A stretch of 57,586 nucleotides of DNA from Planctomycetota bacterium (GCA_050730415.1 JBOHNC010000270.1:1-57586), one strand, 5' to 3'; shown: positions 18,715-29,094, counted from the stretch's first letter. Made by a program: numbers and translations. The notes: generated by a model not told the origin, from the sequence alone.

Positions 18715-19839
18715 TCACATCCATCCCAGTTTTTTGCGCATCAGGCCGTAGCGGCCGTGCGTGGCGACTTCAAGCATCATGAAGTCCACCTCGGACCGGG
18801 TGATGTGGACTTCGTCGTTGGCGCTCAGCTCGATCGGAATCTGCCCGTCGACGAACAGCCGGCAGCTTTCGCCGGCCTGCAGCACCCGCAGCGTCAGCGC
18901 TTCGCGGTCGGAAATCACCACCGGCCGGTTGTGCGCCCCATGCGGGCAGATCGGCGTCACCACCAGCGCGTTGGTGTGGATCGCCATGATCGGGCCGCCG
19001 GCCGAGAGGTTGTAGCCGGTGGAACCGGTCGGCGTGGCCACGATCACCCCGTCCCCGCGGACCTGCGCGATGACTTCCGGCAGCACCGATATTTCCAGCT
19101 TCACGATCCGCCCGAAATTGCCGCGGTGCACGAAGGCGTCGTTCAGCCCGAAGGTGTCGTACATGACCATGCCGCTTTCGGCCCCGCCCAGCCCCGGACG
19201 GATGCGTTTCACCCGCAGCATCATGCGGTGCGAAATCCGGCCTTCGCCGTGGAAGACCCGCGTGAGCTGCTCCTTGGCGTGGTCGGGCGCGATTTCGGCC
19301 AGAAACCCGAGCGCCCCCAGGTTCACGCCCACCACCGGCTTCTGATGCAGGCCCATCCGCCGCGCCATGGACAGGATCAGCCCGTCCCCGCCGAAGGCAA
19401 TCACCAGATCCGCATCGATGTTGGACAGCTCGCTTTCGAGGTCCACCACCAGCCCCACGACCTCGCAGCGTTTCTTCAGCCAGGGAGTAAGCGACCGGGC
19501 CATTTCCAGCGCCGCCGGTTTGCCCGGGTGCGCCACCAGCAGCACCCGCTCGACCTTGCCCATCGGCGAAATCGGCAACTCGCCCGCGGCCACCCGAATG
19601 CCCGAGCCGGCCGCCGCGCGCGTGCCTCCGCCGCCCCCCAGTGGGACGCGCGGCGCAGCGTTCAAGCCGCCCGGGTCTTTCGCGCCGTTCGCGCCCATGC
19701 GCTCGCCGCGTTCGCCCCGGACAACCGGTGCGGTTGTCGAAGTGCGTTGCGCCGACGATGAGGCGGCAGCCGCCGGGGCGCTTGAGGCGGCCGCGCGTTT
19801 GGGTTTCGAGTCGGCCATGCGGCGGGATCCAGACTCCAA
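18715..19839 (-). CDS. nadK: NAD kinase (with possible ~90-aa low-complexity N-terminal extension)
   Basis: GGDG motif AFGGDGLILSMARRM, plus ATPTGSTGYNLSAGGPI. The conserved core starts at MGKVERVLLVAHPG (ATG at 19563). The upstream 92 codons still show high GC3, so the long form is kept. The start is uncertain. Confidence 0.85.
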   Translation of the reverse strand: MESGSRRMADSKPKRAAASSAPAAAASSSAQRTSTTAPVVRGERGERMGANGAKDPGGLNAAPRVPLGGGGGTRAAAGSGIRVAAGELPISPMGKVERVLLVAHPGKPAALEMARSLTPWLKKRCEVVGLVVDLESELSNIDADLVIAFGGDGLILSMARRMGLHQKPVVGVNLGALGFLAEIAPDHAKEQLTRVFHGEGRISHRMMLRVKRIRPGLGGAESGMVMYDTFGLNDAFVHRGNFGRIVKLEISVLPEVIAQVRGDGVIVATPTGSTGYNLSAGGPIMAIHTNALVVTPICPHGAHNRPVVISDREALTLRVLQAGESCRLFVDGQIPIELSANDEVHITRSEVDFMMLEVATHGRYGLMRKKLGWM

Positions 19840-20041
19840 TGGGTTTTGAACAGTATACGCTCAAAGCGCCCAACCTGTCCATGCCGACGCCGCCGAACCC
19901 GGTATATTGGTGCCCGGTCCGCGCGGGCCAACGTGCGCCGGGCGCGCGGGCCATCGTGGGCCATCGTGGGCCGGCGAGCCAGGCATGCGCCGCGCACCGG
20001 ACGAGCCCCCGCAGCCGGCCAGTGGGAGAGCCTTCAACGCC

Positions 20042-20608
20042 ATGAATCCCTTGATCTGCCTGATCGCCGGCCTCGGCTTACTGATTCTGCTGCCCTTCAT
20101 AATGTACGCCATCATGTACAACACGCTGATCGGCCTGAAAAACCGCGTCCATGAATCCTGGTCGGACATCGACACCGAACTCAAGCGCCGCTACGACCTC
20201 ATCCCCAATCTGGTCGCCGCGGTCAAGGGCTACGCGGCCCACGAACGCGGAATTTTCGAACGCGTCGCCGAATTGCGCTCCCAAGCCATGGCCGACAACG
20301 CGCGGCCGGTTCAGATCGACACCGAAAAGCAGCTCACCAAGGCCCTCGGCCAGGTGCTGGCGACGGTGGAGGGCTACCCCGATCTGAAGGCGGACCGTCA
20401 GTTTCGCGATTTGATGCACGAACTGAGCATGACTGAAGACCGGATCCAAGCGGCGCGGCGATTTTACAACGCCAACGTGCGCGACTACAACATCAAAATC
20501 GAAAGCTTCCCCAGCAACATCGTGGCCGGGATGCACCATTGCAAGCAGGAAACGTTCTTCGACCTGGAAAGTCTCGACATGCGCAACCTGCCCCAAGTCA
20601 AACTGTAG
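20042..20608 (+). CDS. lemA: LemA family membrane protein
   Basis: It starts MNPLICLIAGLGLLILLPFIMYAI (TM) and contains YNTLIGLKNRVHESWSDIDTELKRRYDLIPNLV, typical of LemA. The ORF-track start at 19907 adds an Arg/Gly-rich non-coding-looking leader. Confidence 0.9.
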   Translation: MNPLICLIAGLGLLILLPFIMYAIMYNTLIGLKNRVHESWSDIDTELKRRYDLIPNLVAAVKGYAAHERGIFERVAELRSQAMADNARPVQIDTEKQLTKALGQVLATVEGYPDLKADRQFRDLMHELSMTEDRIQAARRFYNANVRDYNIKIESFPSNIVAGMHHCKQETFFDLESLDMRNLPQVKL

Positions 20609-20830
20609 CCCAAGCCAAAGCCGCGGCGCGAACCCGCACTCCCTTCCGTTGCTCCACCCGACCCGACCCGCCCGCCCGCCCGCCGCACCGCGCCGCGACC
20701 CGGCAGACGATGAACACTCCTGCCGTCGGCGGGCTGGCCCGGGCTTTCGATTTGCCTCGCGTGGTATACTGAAAAAAAGGGCCGCGTGCCGTGCCAAATC
20801 GTCCCTCGGCTCTTGGAGAGGAGGGTGTGC

Positions 20831-22384
20831 ATGGCTTTCGATCTCACGGAATTTGAAACGCGAATCCTCGTCCGCCCGCTGTGCCGCGCCGACTACGAGC
20901 CGCTGGTCGCCATGGAGGCGCTCTGTTTTCCCGGCATGAAAACCTGGACCGTGGAGCAGTTCGAAAGCCAGCTCCAACTTTTTCCCGAAGGCCAGATTGC
21001 GGTGGAAGTCGATGGCCGGCTGGCGGCCTCCAGTTCCAGTCTGATCGTGGATTACGATCTGCACTCGGAGTGGCACGACTGGAAAACCATTTCCGACTCC
21101 GGCTACATCCGCACCCACAACCCCGACGGCGACATGCTGTACGGCATTGAAATCATGGTCCATCCGGATTTCCGCGGCATGAAGCTGGCCCGCCGGCTGT
21201 ACGACGCGCGCAAGCGTCTGGTCCGCGAAAAGAATCTCAAAGGCATCGTCATCGGCGGGCGGATCCCGAACTTCAGCCAGCACCGCGACAAGATGGACGC
21301 GCATGAATACGTGGAAAATGTCGAGGACAAAACGATCTACGATCCGGTGCTCACCACCCAGTTGGCCAACGGATTCGAATTGAAACAACTGATCTCCGAC
21401 TACCTACCCTCTGACGAAGACAGCGGCGGCTGGGCCACTCACATGGAATGGCTCAATGTCGACTACCGGCCGTTCAAGAAACGTTCGATCCTGCCGGTAC
21501 AGATGGTGCGTCTGGCGGCGGTGCAATATCAGATGCGCGCCATTCGCGATTTCGCCGAATTCGAACAGCAGGTCCGGTTTTTCATCGACACTGCCAGCGA
21601 ATACAAATGCGATTTCCTCGTCTTTCCGGAACTGTTCACGCTGCAAATTCTATCGTTTTGCGAAAAAATGCGCCCCGGCCAGGCGGCGCGGCGCCTGGCT
21701 GAATTCACCCCCAAATACATCGAACTGTTTTCCACCCTGTCGATCCGCTACCACCTGAATATCGTGGCCGGTTCGACCTTCCTGCTGGAGAACGAATATC
21801 TCTACAACGTGGCGTATTTTTTCGGGCGCGACGGCAAGATTGGCCGCCAATTCAAAATTCACGCCACACCCGCCGAATGGAAATGGTGGGGGGTCACCGG
21901 GGGAGACAAAATCGAGGTTTTCGAAACCGACTGCGGCAAGGTGGCCATTCTGATCTGCTACGACATGGAATTCCCGGAGCTCGCCCGGATCGCGGCGAAA
22001 AAGGGCGCGCAGATTCTGATGTGCCCGTTCAACACCGACGAACGGGCCGGGTACCTGCGTGTGCGTTACTGCGCGCAGGCGCGCTGCATCGAAAACCACG
22101 TCTATTCCGTGCTCTCCGGCTGCATCGGCAATCTGCCGTTCGTGCCCAACGCCGACATTCACTACGCGCAGTCGTCGATTCTAACCCCGGCCGACATTCA
22201 ATTCCCGCGCGACGGCATTGCCGCCGAAACGACCCCGAACATCGAGACCGTCATCATCAAGGACCTGGACATCGAACTCCTGCGTCGCCACCGCTACAAA
22301 GGCACCACGCAGAACTGGCGCGACCGGCGCAAAGACCTCTACGAAGTGCGCTACCACGAAGGCGGCGCCGACGGAGTGGTGTAG
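20831..22384 (+). CDS. bifunctional GNAT N-acetyltransferase / carbon-nitrogen hydrolase (nitrilase superfamily) protein
   Basis: N-terminal GNAT ([26 protein letters not shown]). C-terminal CN-hydrolase with FLVFPELFT and the catalytic Cys context [14 protein letters not shown] prefer the start at ATG 20831 (MAFDLTEFE). Confidence 0.9.
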   Translation: MAFDLTEFETRILVRPLCRADYEPLVAMEALCFPGMKTWTVEQFESQLQLFPEGQIAVEVDGRLAASSSSLIVDYDLHSEWHDWKTISDSGYIRTHNPDGDMLYGIEIMVHPDFRGMKLARRLYDARKRLVREKNLKGIVIGGRIPNFSQHRDKMDAHEYVENVEDKTIYDPVLTTQLANGFELKQLISDYLPSDEDSGGWATHMEWLNVDYRPFKKRSILPVQMVRLAAVQYQMRAIRDFAEFEQQVRFFIDTASEYKCDFLVFPELFTLQILSFCEKMRPGQAARRLAEFTPKYIELFSTLSIRYHLNIVAGSTFLLENEYLYNVAYFFGRDGKIGRQFKIHATPAEWKWWGVTGGDKIEVFETDCGKVAILICYDMEFPELARIAAKKGAQILMCPFNTDERAGYLRVRYCAQARCIENHVYSVLSGCIGNLPFVPNADIHYAQSSILTPADIQFPRDGIAAETTPNIETVIIKDLDIELLRRHRYKGTTQNWRDRRKDLYEVRYHEGGADGVV

Positions 22385-22851
22385 CCGGTCGGCTTTGAAA
22401 TGGGCCTTAACAACTGGACCTTGTGGGTGATTTTCGGCAGGTTCGCAACAGTCAGGGGGGGCAGAAGCACCCATTTGCACCTCCGAGCCCGCCAGTGGAG
22501 GCCAAGTGGTTCAATTTCGGACCGGTTTTGAAACCGTTTTATGATATGGAATCTCTGGTGTAGTCTTGTATAAGGACCTCAGATGGGATGCTGTTTGAGC
22601 GTCTGAAAAAAGTCCACTTAGGCCCCTGAGTTGAAATTTCCCCTATGAAAATACGTGCCGGATGGAGGGATTCGGGAGAGTTTGTTCTACCTGTGAGAGA
22701 GATTCTTTTCAAAATATATTTGACCTGTGACCTTTCATGGTTATAGATGGTACCTTAGTCGTTCAAGGATCGAATAGTATTTAATAAAATCAGATACCTA
22801 ATCCGCCTACAGGGGATTGTTTCCAGGATCGGATCGAGGGACGGAGGCCAC

Positions 22852-25065
22852 ATGCTTGGGAATCACCATTACGTATCGCTGTTGGTGGCTGGCTTGATAT
22901 TGTCGGCTTGTGCCTCCGCGGCCGTCGCCGCGGACGCGCCCGCTTCCGCCGACGGCAGCGCTACCGTTACGCCAACAACCGCGGATCCCTACGAACGCTA
23001 TGTAGACACCAGCAAAGACTTCGCCCGAGTCAAGCAGGACAAGGACTGGCTGTACACGGCGTATCCCAGTTGGCTGTACATGCCGTTCTACTACCGCTGG
23101 AAACTCGGCTATAACGACGCCGGCGGCAAATTCCTGGTGGACACCGGCTACAACGGATCGTTTGTCGATCGCGGCGACACCCGATACTTGGCTTGGATTG
23201 ACAAGTTCGAGCTGCATTTTCTAGCGGGCCATACAGCCGGCAAGGGCGATATGCACCTTTGGAGCGGCGGCCAAACCCGTCCGCACAAGGCGGAGTACAC
23301 CGGCACGGGAGTGCGTCCGGTGCCGCTGAATGCGGCCACGTTAGAGAAACTCGAGGGCACCATCAAGACCACCATCGACAAAGTGAAGAGTTCGCCTTAC
23401 CGCGCCGCCTATTCGCTGGACGACGAAACAAGCTGGGGCGTATTCGTAGATCCGTGCATGTGGCGGGTCAACGCCGATGCGGCCGCTTACCAAGCCTGGC
23501 TCGCGGAGATTTACGGCCAGGGCCATGCGCCCGGTTACAAGGGCTGGATCAGCTACGACGCAATCCGCACTCAACTTGACGACTGGACCATCGGCAGCTT
23601 CGACCCGGCCCAATTGATGGATCAGTGGACCTACAACGATTCGGTCTGGTGTAATTTCCTGGGCGATCTGGTGGCCTACGCCAATCAGATCGATCCGCAC
23701 ACCCCGTGCGGAGTCGCCGGCGGCCAAAATCCCAGTCCCTTTGGCTACGACTACGCCAAACTCATGCGCAAGGTTCAATTTCTCGAGGCCTACAATAACG
23801 GCAGTTCGCAGGCGGTTGCGCGTTCCTTCAATCCGCACAACGCCATCCCGTTGTTGACCACCCATTTTTTCAAATCCGCTCCGGACACCATCTGGCAGTT
23901 CTATTACTACCTGGCCCACGGCAACCGCGGCCATATCGGCTGGATGGACGATCATTGGTGGAAGGGCGATCAACCTGCCGATTGGCAAAAAGAAGTGTCG
24001 CCGGTCCTGATGGAATGCGGAAAAAAACTTGGCCCGCTGCAAGCCCAATCCGAATGGCTTCACGACGGCGTGGCCATCTATTACAGCCAGGCCTCGATTC
24101 AATTGGGCTGGATCATGGACGCCGAAAGCCATGGCAAAACCTGGGTCAACCGCGACTCCGACAGTGACGGAGCTGCGACGCTGGTCCGCAAAGCCTGGGA
24201 AAATATGCTGCGCGATAGCGGCATCCAATATAACTTTCTGTCCTATGCCGATGTGATCCGCCACGGCGTGCCCAAAGAGTACAAAGTCCTGATTCTGCCG
24301 GCCACGCTGTGTCTGTCGGCCATCGAAGCCGAACAAATCGAAGCGTTCTGCCAAAGTGGCGGGACGGTCATCGCCGATTATTTACCCGGCTGCTGGGATC
24401 AACACGGCCGCGGCTACAAAAACGGCGGTGTACTGGACAAAATGTTTGGCGTGGACATCAGTCCCGATCTGAAAAGCGCCGATGTGTTTCAAACCACAGG
24501 CTGGTATGAAGTCAATCAGGAAACCCACTATCAGCACAAAACATACACAGATATGCTTTCGAAAAATTCCTGCATTTTCGACAAATCTGGGTTTAACAAG
24601 TGTATTCGCAAGATGGACACGGAGCATGTGGCCAAATTCGGCAAGGGTACGACGGTATTGCTGAATCTTTCTCCGCAATGGTACAACGCCTATCGCGAGC
24701 AAGGATTTGAAGCGGCCGGCAAACGCGACGTTTTCATGAAATATATCGAAGCCGCCGGCGTGCATCCCTGGGTCCGGATCGACAAGGCCGACGGCAAAAC
24801 TTTCGGCTACGAAATTACCTATTGGAAAAAGGACGGTCGTACCATTCTCTTTCTTGTGGCGAACCCGGAAATTATGGGGAATTCCCTGGGCGGAGGAAAC
24901 TCCGCCGGCCTGAAGACCGATACGGTCCACGTTACCCTGAAATTTGCGCATCCGATCACTCAGGTTAAAAATGAACGAACCGGCCTGACACTCCCCGACG
25001 GCGAAAGCTTTTCGGTGGATTGGAAAATGAATGAGGCCGTTGTTCTTTCTTTCCAATCCAATTAA
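22852..25065 (+). CDS. secreted protein, putative GH42-like glycoside hydrolase (beta-galactosidase trimerisation-type domain)
   Basis: 737 aa with a signal peptide (VSLLVAGLILSACASAAVAADA). The segment VLILPATLCLSAIEAEQIEAFCQSGGTVIADY resembles the GH42 middle (GATase1-like) domain. G+C is visibly lower than in neighbouring genes. The functional call is weak. Confidence 0.75.
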   Translation: MLGNHHYVSLLVAGLILSACASAAVAADAPASADGSATVTPTTADPYERYVDTSKDFARVKQDKDWLYTAYPSWLYMPFYYRWKLGYNDAGGKFLVDTGYNGSFVDRGDTRYLAWIDKFELHFLAGHTAGKGDMHLWSGGQTRPHKAEYTGTGVRPVPLNAATLEKLEGTIKTTIDKVKSSPYRAAYSLDDETSWGVFVDPCMWRVNADAAAYQAWLAEIYGQGHAPGYKGWISYDAIRTQLDDWTIGSFDPAQLMDQWTYNDSVWCNFLGDLVAYANQIDPHTPCGVAGGQNPSPFGYDYAKLMRKVQFLEAYNNGSSQAVARSFNPHNAIPLLTTHFFKSAPDTIWQFYYYLAHGNRGHIGWMDDHWWKGDQPADWQKEVSPVLMECGKKLGPLQAQSEWLHDGVAIYYSQASIQLGWIMDAESHGKTWVNRDSDSDGAATLVRKAWENMLRDSGIQYNFLSYADVIRHGVPKEYKVLILPATLCLSAIEAEQIEAFCQSGGTVIADYLPGCWDQHGRGYKNGGVLDKMFGVDISPDLKSADVFQTTGWYEVNQETHYQHKTYTDMLSKNSCIFDKSGFNKCIRKMDTEHVAKFGKGTTVLLNLSPQWYNAYREQGFEAAGKRDVFMKYIEAAGVHPWVRIDKADGKTFGYEITYWKKDGRTILFLVANPEIMGNSLGGGNSAGLKTDTVHVTLKFAHPITQVKNERTGLTLPDGESFSVDWKMNEAVVLSFQSN

Positions 25066-25387
25066 CGTTTGCCGTGCGGGATTCTAGGTTTCTAAAATGA
25101 GTACCCGGCCGAAGCGTGCTTAAAAAGGGAGATTACAAAATGTAATTTTATTGCTCACCCCTTTAATGGGGGATCGCCTGCGCCGTAGAGCCGGATTGCC
25201 TTTATGATTTTGCCCATCCGGTCGAAACAAAACCTTGGGCCTGCATTTCCCATCACACGGCCCAACCCGATTCCGCGATTCCAATATGCAACCATGGCAT
25301 CGCTTTCAAAAATGGTACAATTGAAGATGGTTGAAAGGGATTTCAGTTCCGCGCCTATAATCAAAAAAAGTTCAGAGGAGTATCTCC

Positions 25388-26521
25388 ATGCTTGAGCACA
25401 CCGCCAAATCGGTCGCGGCGGCGCCGCCCAAAGGCGAATCCGTCAGTCCCAACAATCCACTGGGCATCCGCGGCATCGATCATATTGAATTTTTCGTCGA
25501 AGACGCCGAAAAATGGGCCGACTATTACGTCCAGGGCTACGGCATGTACCGGCGCGGCTACGGCGACACCAAGACCGGCCTGAAGGGCCGCAAAGCGGTC
25601 GTCGTCGGCCAGGGCCGCGTGAATTTTGTGTTTGCCCAGGCCGAAGGAAATTCCAGCGAAGCCGACCTGATCCGCAGCTTCGTCGCGACCCACGGCGGCG
25701 GCGTCAAGGACGTTGCTTTCCGCGTGGCCGACACCGCGACCGCGCTGAAAAACGCCCAGGCCCGCGGCGCAAAAATCGTGCGCCCGCTCGATGAACACGA
25801 CATCTTCGTCGGCGGCTCGATCGCCGCCTACGGCGATACGATCCACACGTTGATTCAGCGCAAAAAGCACGGCGTGTTCGCGCCCGGCTACACCAACGTG
25901 GCCGGCGGCATCGAAGACGGCGAAATTCAGTTCGCGATGATCGACCACGTGGTCGCCAACGTCGAAAACATGGGCGAATGGGTGGACTACTATCACCGCG
26001 TTTTCGGTTTCGACGAAACCGCGCATTTCGATATCAATACCGGCCGCAGCGCGCTCATGAGCAAAGTCGTCGGCGCGGAAGATGGCTATATCAAACTGCC
26101 GATCAACGAACCGTCCAGCAAGAATTCGCAGATCCAGGAGTTCCTCGACGAATTCAAAGGCCCCGGCGTGCAGCACATTGCGTTGCTCACCCCCAACATC
26201 ATTTCCACCGTGCGCGAAATGTACGCGCAGGGCGTGAAGTTCATGGATGTCCCCGACAGCTACTACGATGCGGAGTTCGTCGCGCGGGTGGGCAAGATCG
26301 AAGAGGACATTGAGGAACTCAAGCAGTACAAAATTCTGGTCGACCGCGACCGGCCGGACGGCTACCTGCTGCAACTGTTCACCCATCCGGTGTTCGACCG
26401 GCCGACGTTGTTCCACGAAGTCATCCAGCGCCGCGGCAATTCGGTTGGCTTCGGCGAAGGCAATTTCAAGGCGCTGTTCGAAGCGATCGAACGCGAACAG
26501 GTTCGCCGCGGCACGCTGTAA
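25388..26521 (+). CDS. hppD: 4-hydroxyphenylpyruvate dioxygenase
   Basis: 377 aa. Motifs: IDHIEFFVEDAEKWADYY, GVQHIALLT, GFGEGNFKALFEAIEREQ. A GAGGAG RBS lies 8 bp upstream. Confidence 0.95.
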   Translation: MLEHTAKSVAAAPPKGESVSPNNPLGIRGIDHIEFFVEDAEKWADYYVQGYGMYRRGYGDTKTGLKGRKAVVVGQGRVNFVFAQAEGNSSEADLIRSFVATHGGGVKDVAFRVADTATALKNAQARGAKIVRPLDEHDIFVGGSIAAYGDTIHTLIQRKKHGVFAPGYTNVAGGIEDGEIQFAMIDHVVANVENMGEWVDYYHRVFGFDETAHFDINTGRSALMSKVVGAEDGYIKLPINEPSSKNSQIQEFLDEFKGPGVQHIALLTPNIISTVREMYAQGVKFMDVPDSYYDAEFVARVGKIEEDIEELKQYKILVDRDRPDGYLLQLFTHPVFDRPTLFHEVIQRRGNSVGFGEGNFKALFEAIEREQVRRGTL

Positions 26522-26593
26522 TCCGGGCCGTCGCGCCGCCGCCGGGCCGGCGCCGCGCCGGCGGATGACGGCCCATGGTTTCGAGGGCGTGGC

Positions 26594-27547
26594 ATGCGTC
26601 TGGCAACGGTGACTTTCCACAGGCGGGAGCAGGAAGCGCCGAATGTGCCGGCGGCGGCGGTGCTGACGCCGGACGGGCGCTGGCGGCTGGTTGAAGATTT
26701 GCTGCCGAGCAAGCCATGGACCTCGTTGGACGAACTGGTTCCGGTGCCCGGCTTCGCCGCGTTGCTGCAGCAGGCGCTCGCCAAGGCCCCCGACGATCCG
26801 CCCCGTGGCCGCTTTGCCCGGCCGCTTAAGCCGTGGAAGTTTTTCCCGCCGGTGACCGCCCCGCGCAGCTTCCGCGATTTCTACGCCTTCGAAAGCCACG
26901 TCAAAACCTGCCGCGAAAAACGCGGGCTCAAGATGGTCCCCGAGTGGTACGAACTCCCGGTGTTTTATTTCTCCAACCCCGGCTCGCTGATCGGCGCCGA
27001 CGCTCCCGTGCGCGCGCCGCACGGCTGCCGGGAACTTGACTACGAACTGGAGCTGGGCATCGTCATCGGGCGCGAGGGGCGCGACATTCCCCCCGAAAAG
27101 GCCTGGGAGCACATCGCCGGCTTCACCATCGTCAATGACTTCAGTGCCCGCGATCTGCAACGCAAGGAAATGGCCGTCGGCCTCGGCCCGGCCAAGGGCA
27201 AAGACTTCGCCACCGCGGTCGGGCCTTATCTGGTGACCCTCGATGAACTGCGCGACCGCATCGACGCGGCAGGCCGCATCCATCTGGCCATGACCGCCAA
27301 AGTCAACGGGCGCGAACTGTCCCGCGGCGACGCCGCGAGCATGCATTTCACCTGGCCGCAGTTGATTGCGCAGGCTTCGCGCGATGCGACGCTGTTCCCC
27401 GGCGACCTGATCGGCTCCGGCACCGTCGGCAGCGGCTGCATTCTGGAACTGGGCCCGGAAAACACCGGCGGGTGGCTCAAACCGGGCGATGTCGTGGAAC
27501 TCGAAATCGAAAAACTGGGCTGCTTGCGCACGCCCATCGAAGAATAG
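26594..27547 (+). CDS. fumarylacetoacetate hydrolase (FAH) family protein, short type
   Basis: 317 aa. FAH-fold motifs ELELGIVIGREG, IVNDFSARDLQ and GKDFATAVGPY. It sits between hppD and hmgA. Confidence 0.9.
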   Translation: MRLATVTFHRREQEAPNVPAAAVLTPDGRWRLVEDLLPSKPWTSLDELVPVPGFAALLQQALAKAPDDPPRGRFARPLKPWKFFPPVTAPRSFRDFYAFESHVKTCREKRGLKMVPEWYELPVFYFSNPGSLIGADAPVRAPHGCRELDYELELGIVIGREGRDIPPEKAWEHIAGFTIVNDFSARDLQRKEMAVGLGPAKGKDFATAVGPYLVTLDELRDRIDAAGRIHLAMTAKVNGRELSRGDAASMHFTWPQLIAQASRDATLFPGDLIGSGTVGSGCILELGPENTGGWLKPGDVVELEIEKLGCLRTPIEE

Positions 27548-27572
27548 CAGCCTTGCCCAAGAAAGGTCGATC

Positions 27573-28745
27573 ATGCCCATTTATATGCGCCAGGGCCGCG
27601 TCCCCCCCAAACGCCACACTCGGCTGGAACGCCCCGTCGAAGGCAGTTTCAAGCGCGAAGGGTTGTACTACGAGCACGTGGTGACCACCGAAGGCTTCGA
27701 CCGCGCCTACTCGATCCTGTACCACACGCGCCCGCCGACCCGCGTCCGCGCCAGCGAACCGGCCGGGGTCTGGCCGGTCACGCCGGTGCCGCAGGAGGTC
27801 CTGCGCCACCATCATCTGAAAACCGCCGCCATGCCCCGCGCCGGCGATCCGATCCGCGGCCGCGTGCCGTTATTCACCAACGCCGACCTCACCTGCTACC
27901 GCTGCCGCCCGAGCCTCCCGCAAACGACGCTCTTTCGCAACGGCGGCGCCGACGAAGTCATTTTCGTTTTTCACGGCGGCGGCGTGCTGGAATCGGTCTA
28001 CGGGAAGCTCCCCTACCGCGCTGGCGATTACATCGTCATCCCGCGCGGCACCACCTACCGGCTGGTCCCCGCCGCCATCGCCGCGGAAGACTATCTGATT
28101 CTGGAAGCCGCCGGCCCGGTGCGCGTACCGGCGCGCTACATGAACCACGACGGCCAGATCAAGCTCGGCGCGCCCTACAGCGAACGGGACTTGCACGGCC
28201 CGCAGGAACCGCTTTTCATCGACGAGGAAAAAGACACCGAACTGCTGGTCAAGGACGGCGTGCGGCTGACGCGCTGCGTGCTGGCCAACCATCCCTTCGA
28301 CGCCGTCGGCTGGGACGGCTTTCTGTATCCTTTCACTTTCAACGTCGATGATTTCGAACCGATCACCGGCACCGTCCATCAGCCGCCGCCGATCCAGCAG
28401 ACCTTCGATGTCCGCGGGTTCGTCATCTGCACCTTCGCACCGCGCATGTTGGACACGCATCCGAAGGCGATCAAAGTGCCGTACGTGCATTCCAATCTGG
28501 AAGCCGACGAAGTGCTCTTTTACGTCCGTGGCCAGTTCGGCAGCCGGCGCGGCGTCGAAGCCGGTTCGCTGACGCTCCACCCGCGCGGCATTCCGCACGG
28601 CCCGCATCCGGGCACGATCCTCGCCAGCATGGACCAGACACGCACCGAAGAACTGGCGGTGATGTTCGACACCGAGAAGCCGCTGGCGCTCACCGCCGAG
28701 GCCCTGACAATGGACGATCCGAGCTACCCGCTGTCGTGGCTGTAG
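27573..28745 (+). CDS. hmgA: homogentisate 1,2-dioxygenase
   Basis: Cupin-type HGD. Motifs: YVHSNLEADEVLFYV and LTLHPRGIPHGPHPG. The start is set at ATG 27573 (MPIYMRQGR); the ORF-track start at 27489 overlaps the FAH gene. Confidence 0.9.
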   Translation: MPIYMRQGRVPPKRHTRLERPVEGSFKREGLYYEHVVTTEGFDRAYSILYHTRPPTRVRASEPAGVWPVTPVPQEVLRHHHLKTAAMPRAGDPIRGRVPLFTNADLTCYRCRPSLPQTTLFRNGGADEVIFVFHGGGVLESVYGKLPYRAGDYIVIPRGTTYRLVPAAIAAEDYLILEAAGPVRVPARYMNHDGQIKLGAPYSERDLHGPQEPLFIDEEKDTELLVKDGVRLTRCVLANHPFDAVGWDGFLYPFTFNVDDFEPITGTVHQPPPIQQTFDVRGFVICTFAPRMLDTHPKAIKVPYVHSNLEADEVLFYVRGQFGSRRGVEAGSLTLHPRGIPHGPHPGTILASMDQTRTEELAVMFDTEKPLALTAEALTMDDPSYPLSWL

Positions 28746-28747
28746 CT

Positions 28748-28916
28748 CCAGTGGCGCATCAGGATTCAATGGCGCGGTTGTGCGGAGGAGTGCTCCCCTG
28801 GGAGCGCCGGTGTTCACACACCGGCTCTTGGCTCGGCCTGGGACCGCCGGGTCTTCAGACCGGCTCTTGGCTTGTCCTCTCGCCGCGCCCTGAATTCAAT
28901 CCTGACGCACCGCTGG
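28748..28916 (+). repeat. 169-bp inverted-repeat element, copy 1 (family A)
   Basis: The arms are CCAGTGGCGCATCAGGATTCAAT ... ATTCAATCCTGACGCACCGCTGG. The core CCCTGGGAGCGCCGGTGTTCACAC..CGGCTCTTGGCTCGGCCTGGGACCGCCGGGTCTTCAGACCGGCTCTTGGCT is nearly identical to 47227-47394. It starts 3 bp after the hmgA stop and is followed by TTTT. Confidence 0.85.
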
Positions 28917-28943
28917 TTTTGTAGCGCAGGCTTCCAGCCTGCT

Positions 28944-29016
28944 GCCCCCGAATGGGGGCACTCGTTCAATTAGCCGTGGGTGACCGAAGAGCGTAGATCG
29001 ATGGAACCCACGGAAC
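28944..29016 (+). repeat. two-hairpin intergenic module (family E), copy adjacent to family A copy 1
   Basis: GCCCCCGAATGGGGGC is followed by TAGCCGTGGGTGACCGAAG...GGAACCCACGG. It has the same stem sequences as 46896-46963 and 41-104, with different loops. Confidence 0.65.
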
Positions 29017-29094
29017 CGTCGTCTATCTGTGTCCGACCCTGAAGGGGTCGAACGCTTCGATCACGATGTGCTGCTGGAAATGGAGATGTAAACC

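Noticed and set aside
22523-22540. A small hairpin CGGTTT-tg-AAACCG followed by TTTT, considered as a terminator for the GNAT/nitrilase gene.
   Set aside because: The stem is only 5-6 bp with a minimal loop, and it lies 140 bp from the stop codon. This is too weak to call.
25361-27580. A 739-aa ORF on the minus strand.
   Set aside because: It is antisense to hppD and the FAH gene, both of which have unmistakable motifs. The composition is low complexity and Arg/Ala/Gly-rich.
28736-28924. Small ORFs 28736-28924 and 47187-47432, whose translations share PWERRCSH and PEFN.
   Set aside because: The similarity is at the DNA level (family A repeat). A 2-bp indel between the copies shifts the frame, so no common peptide is conserved. 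These are treated as non-coding repeats.
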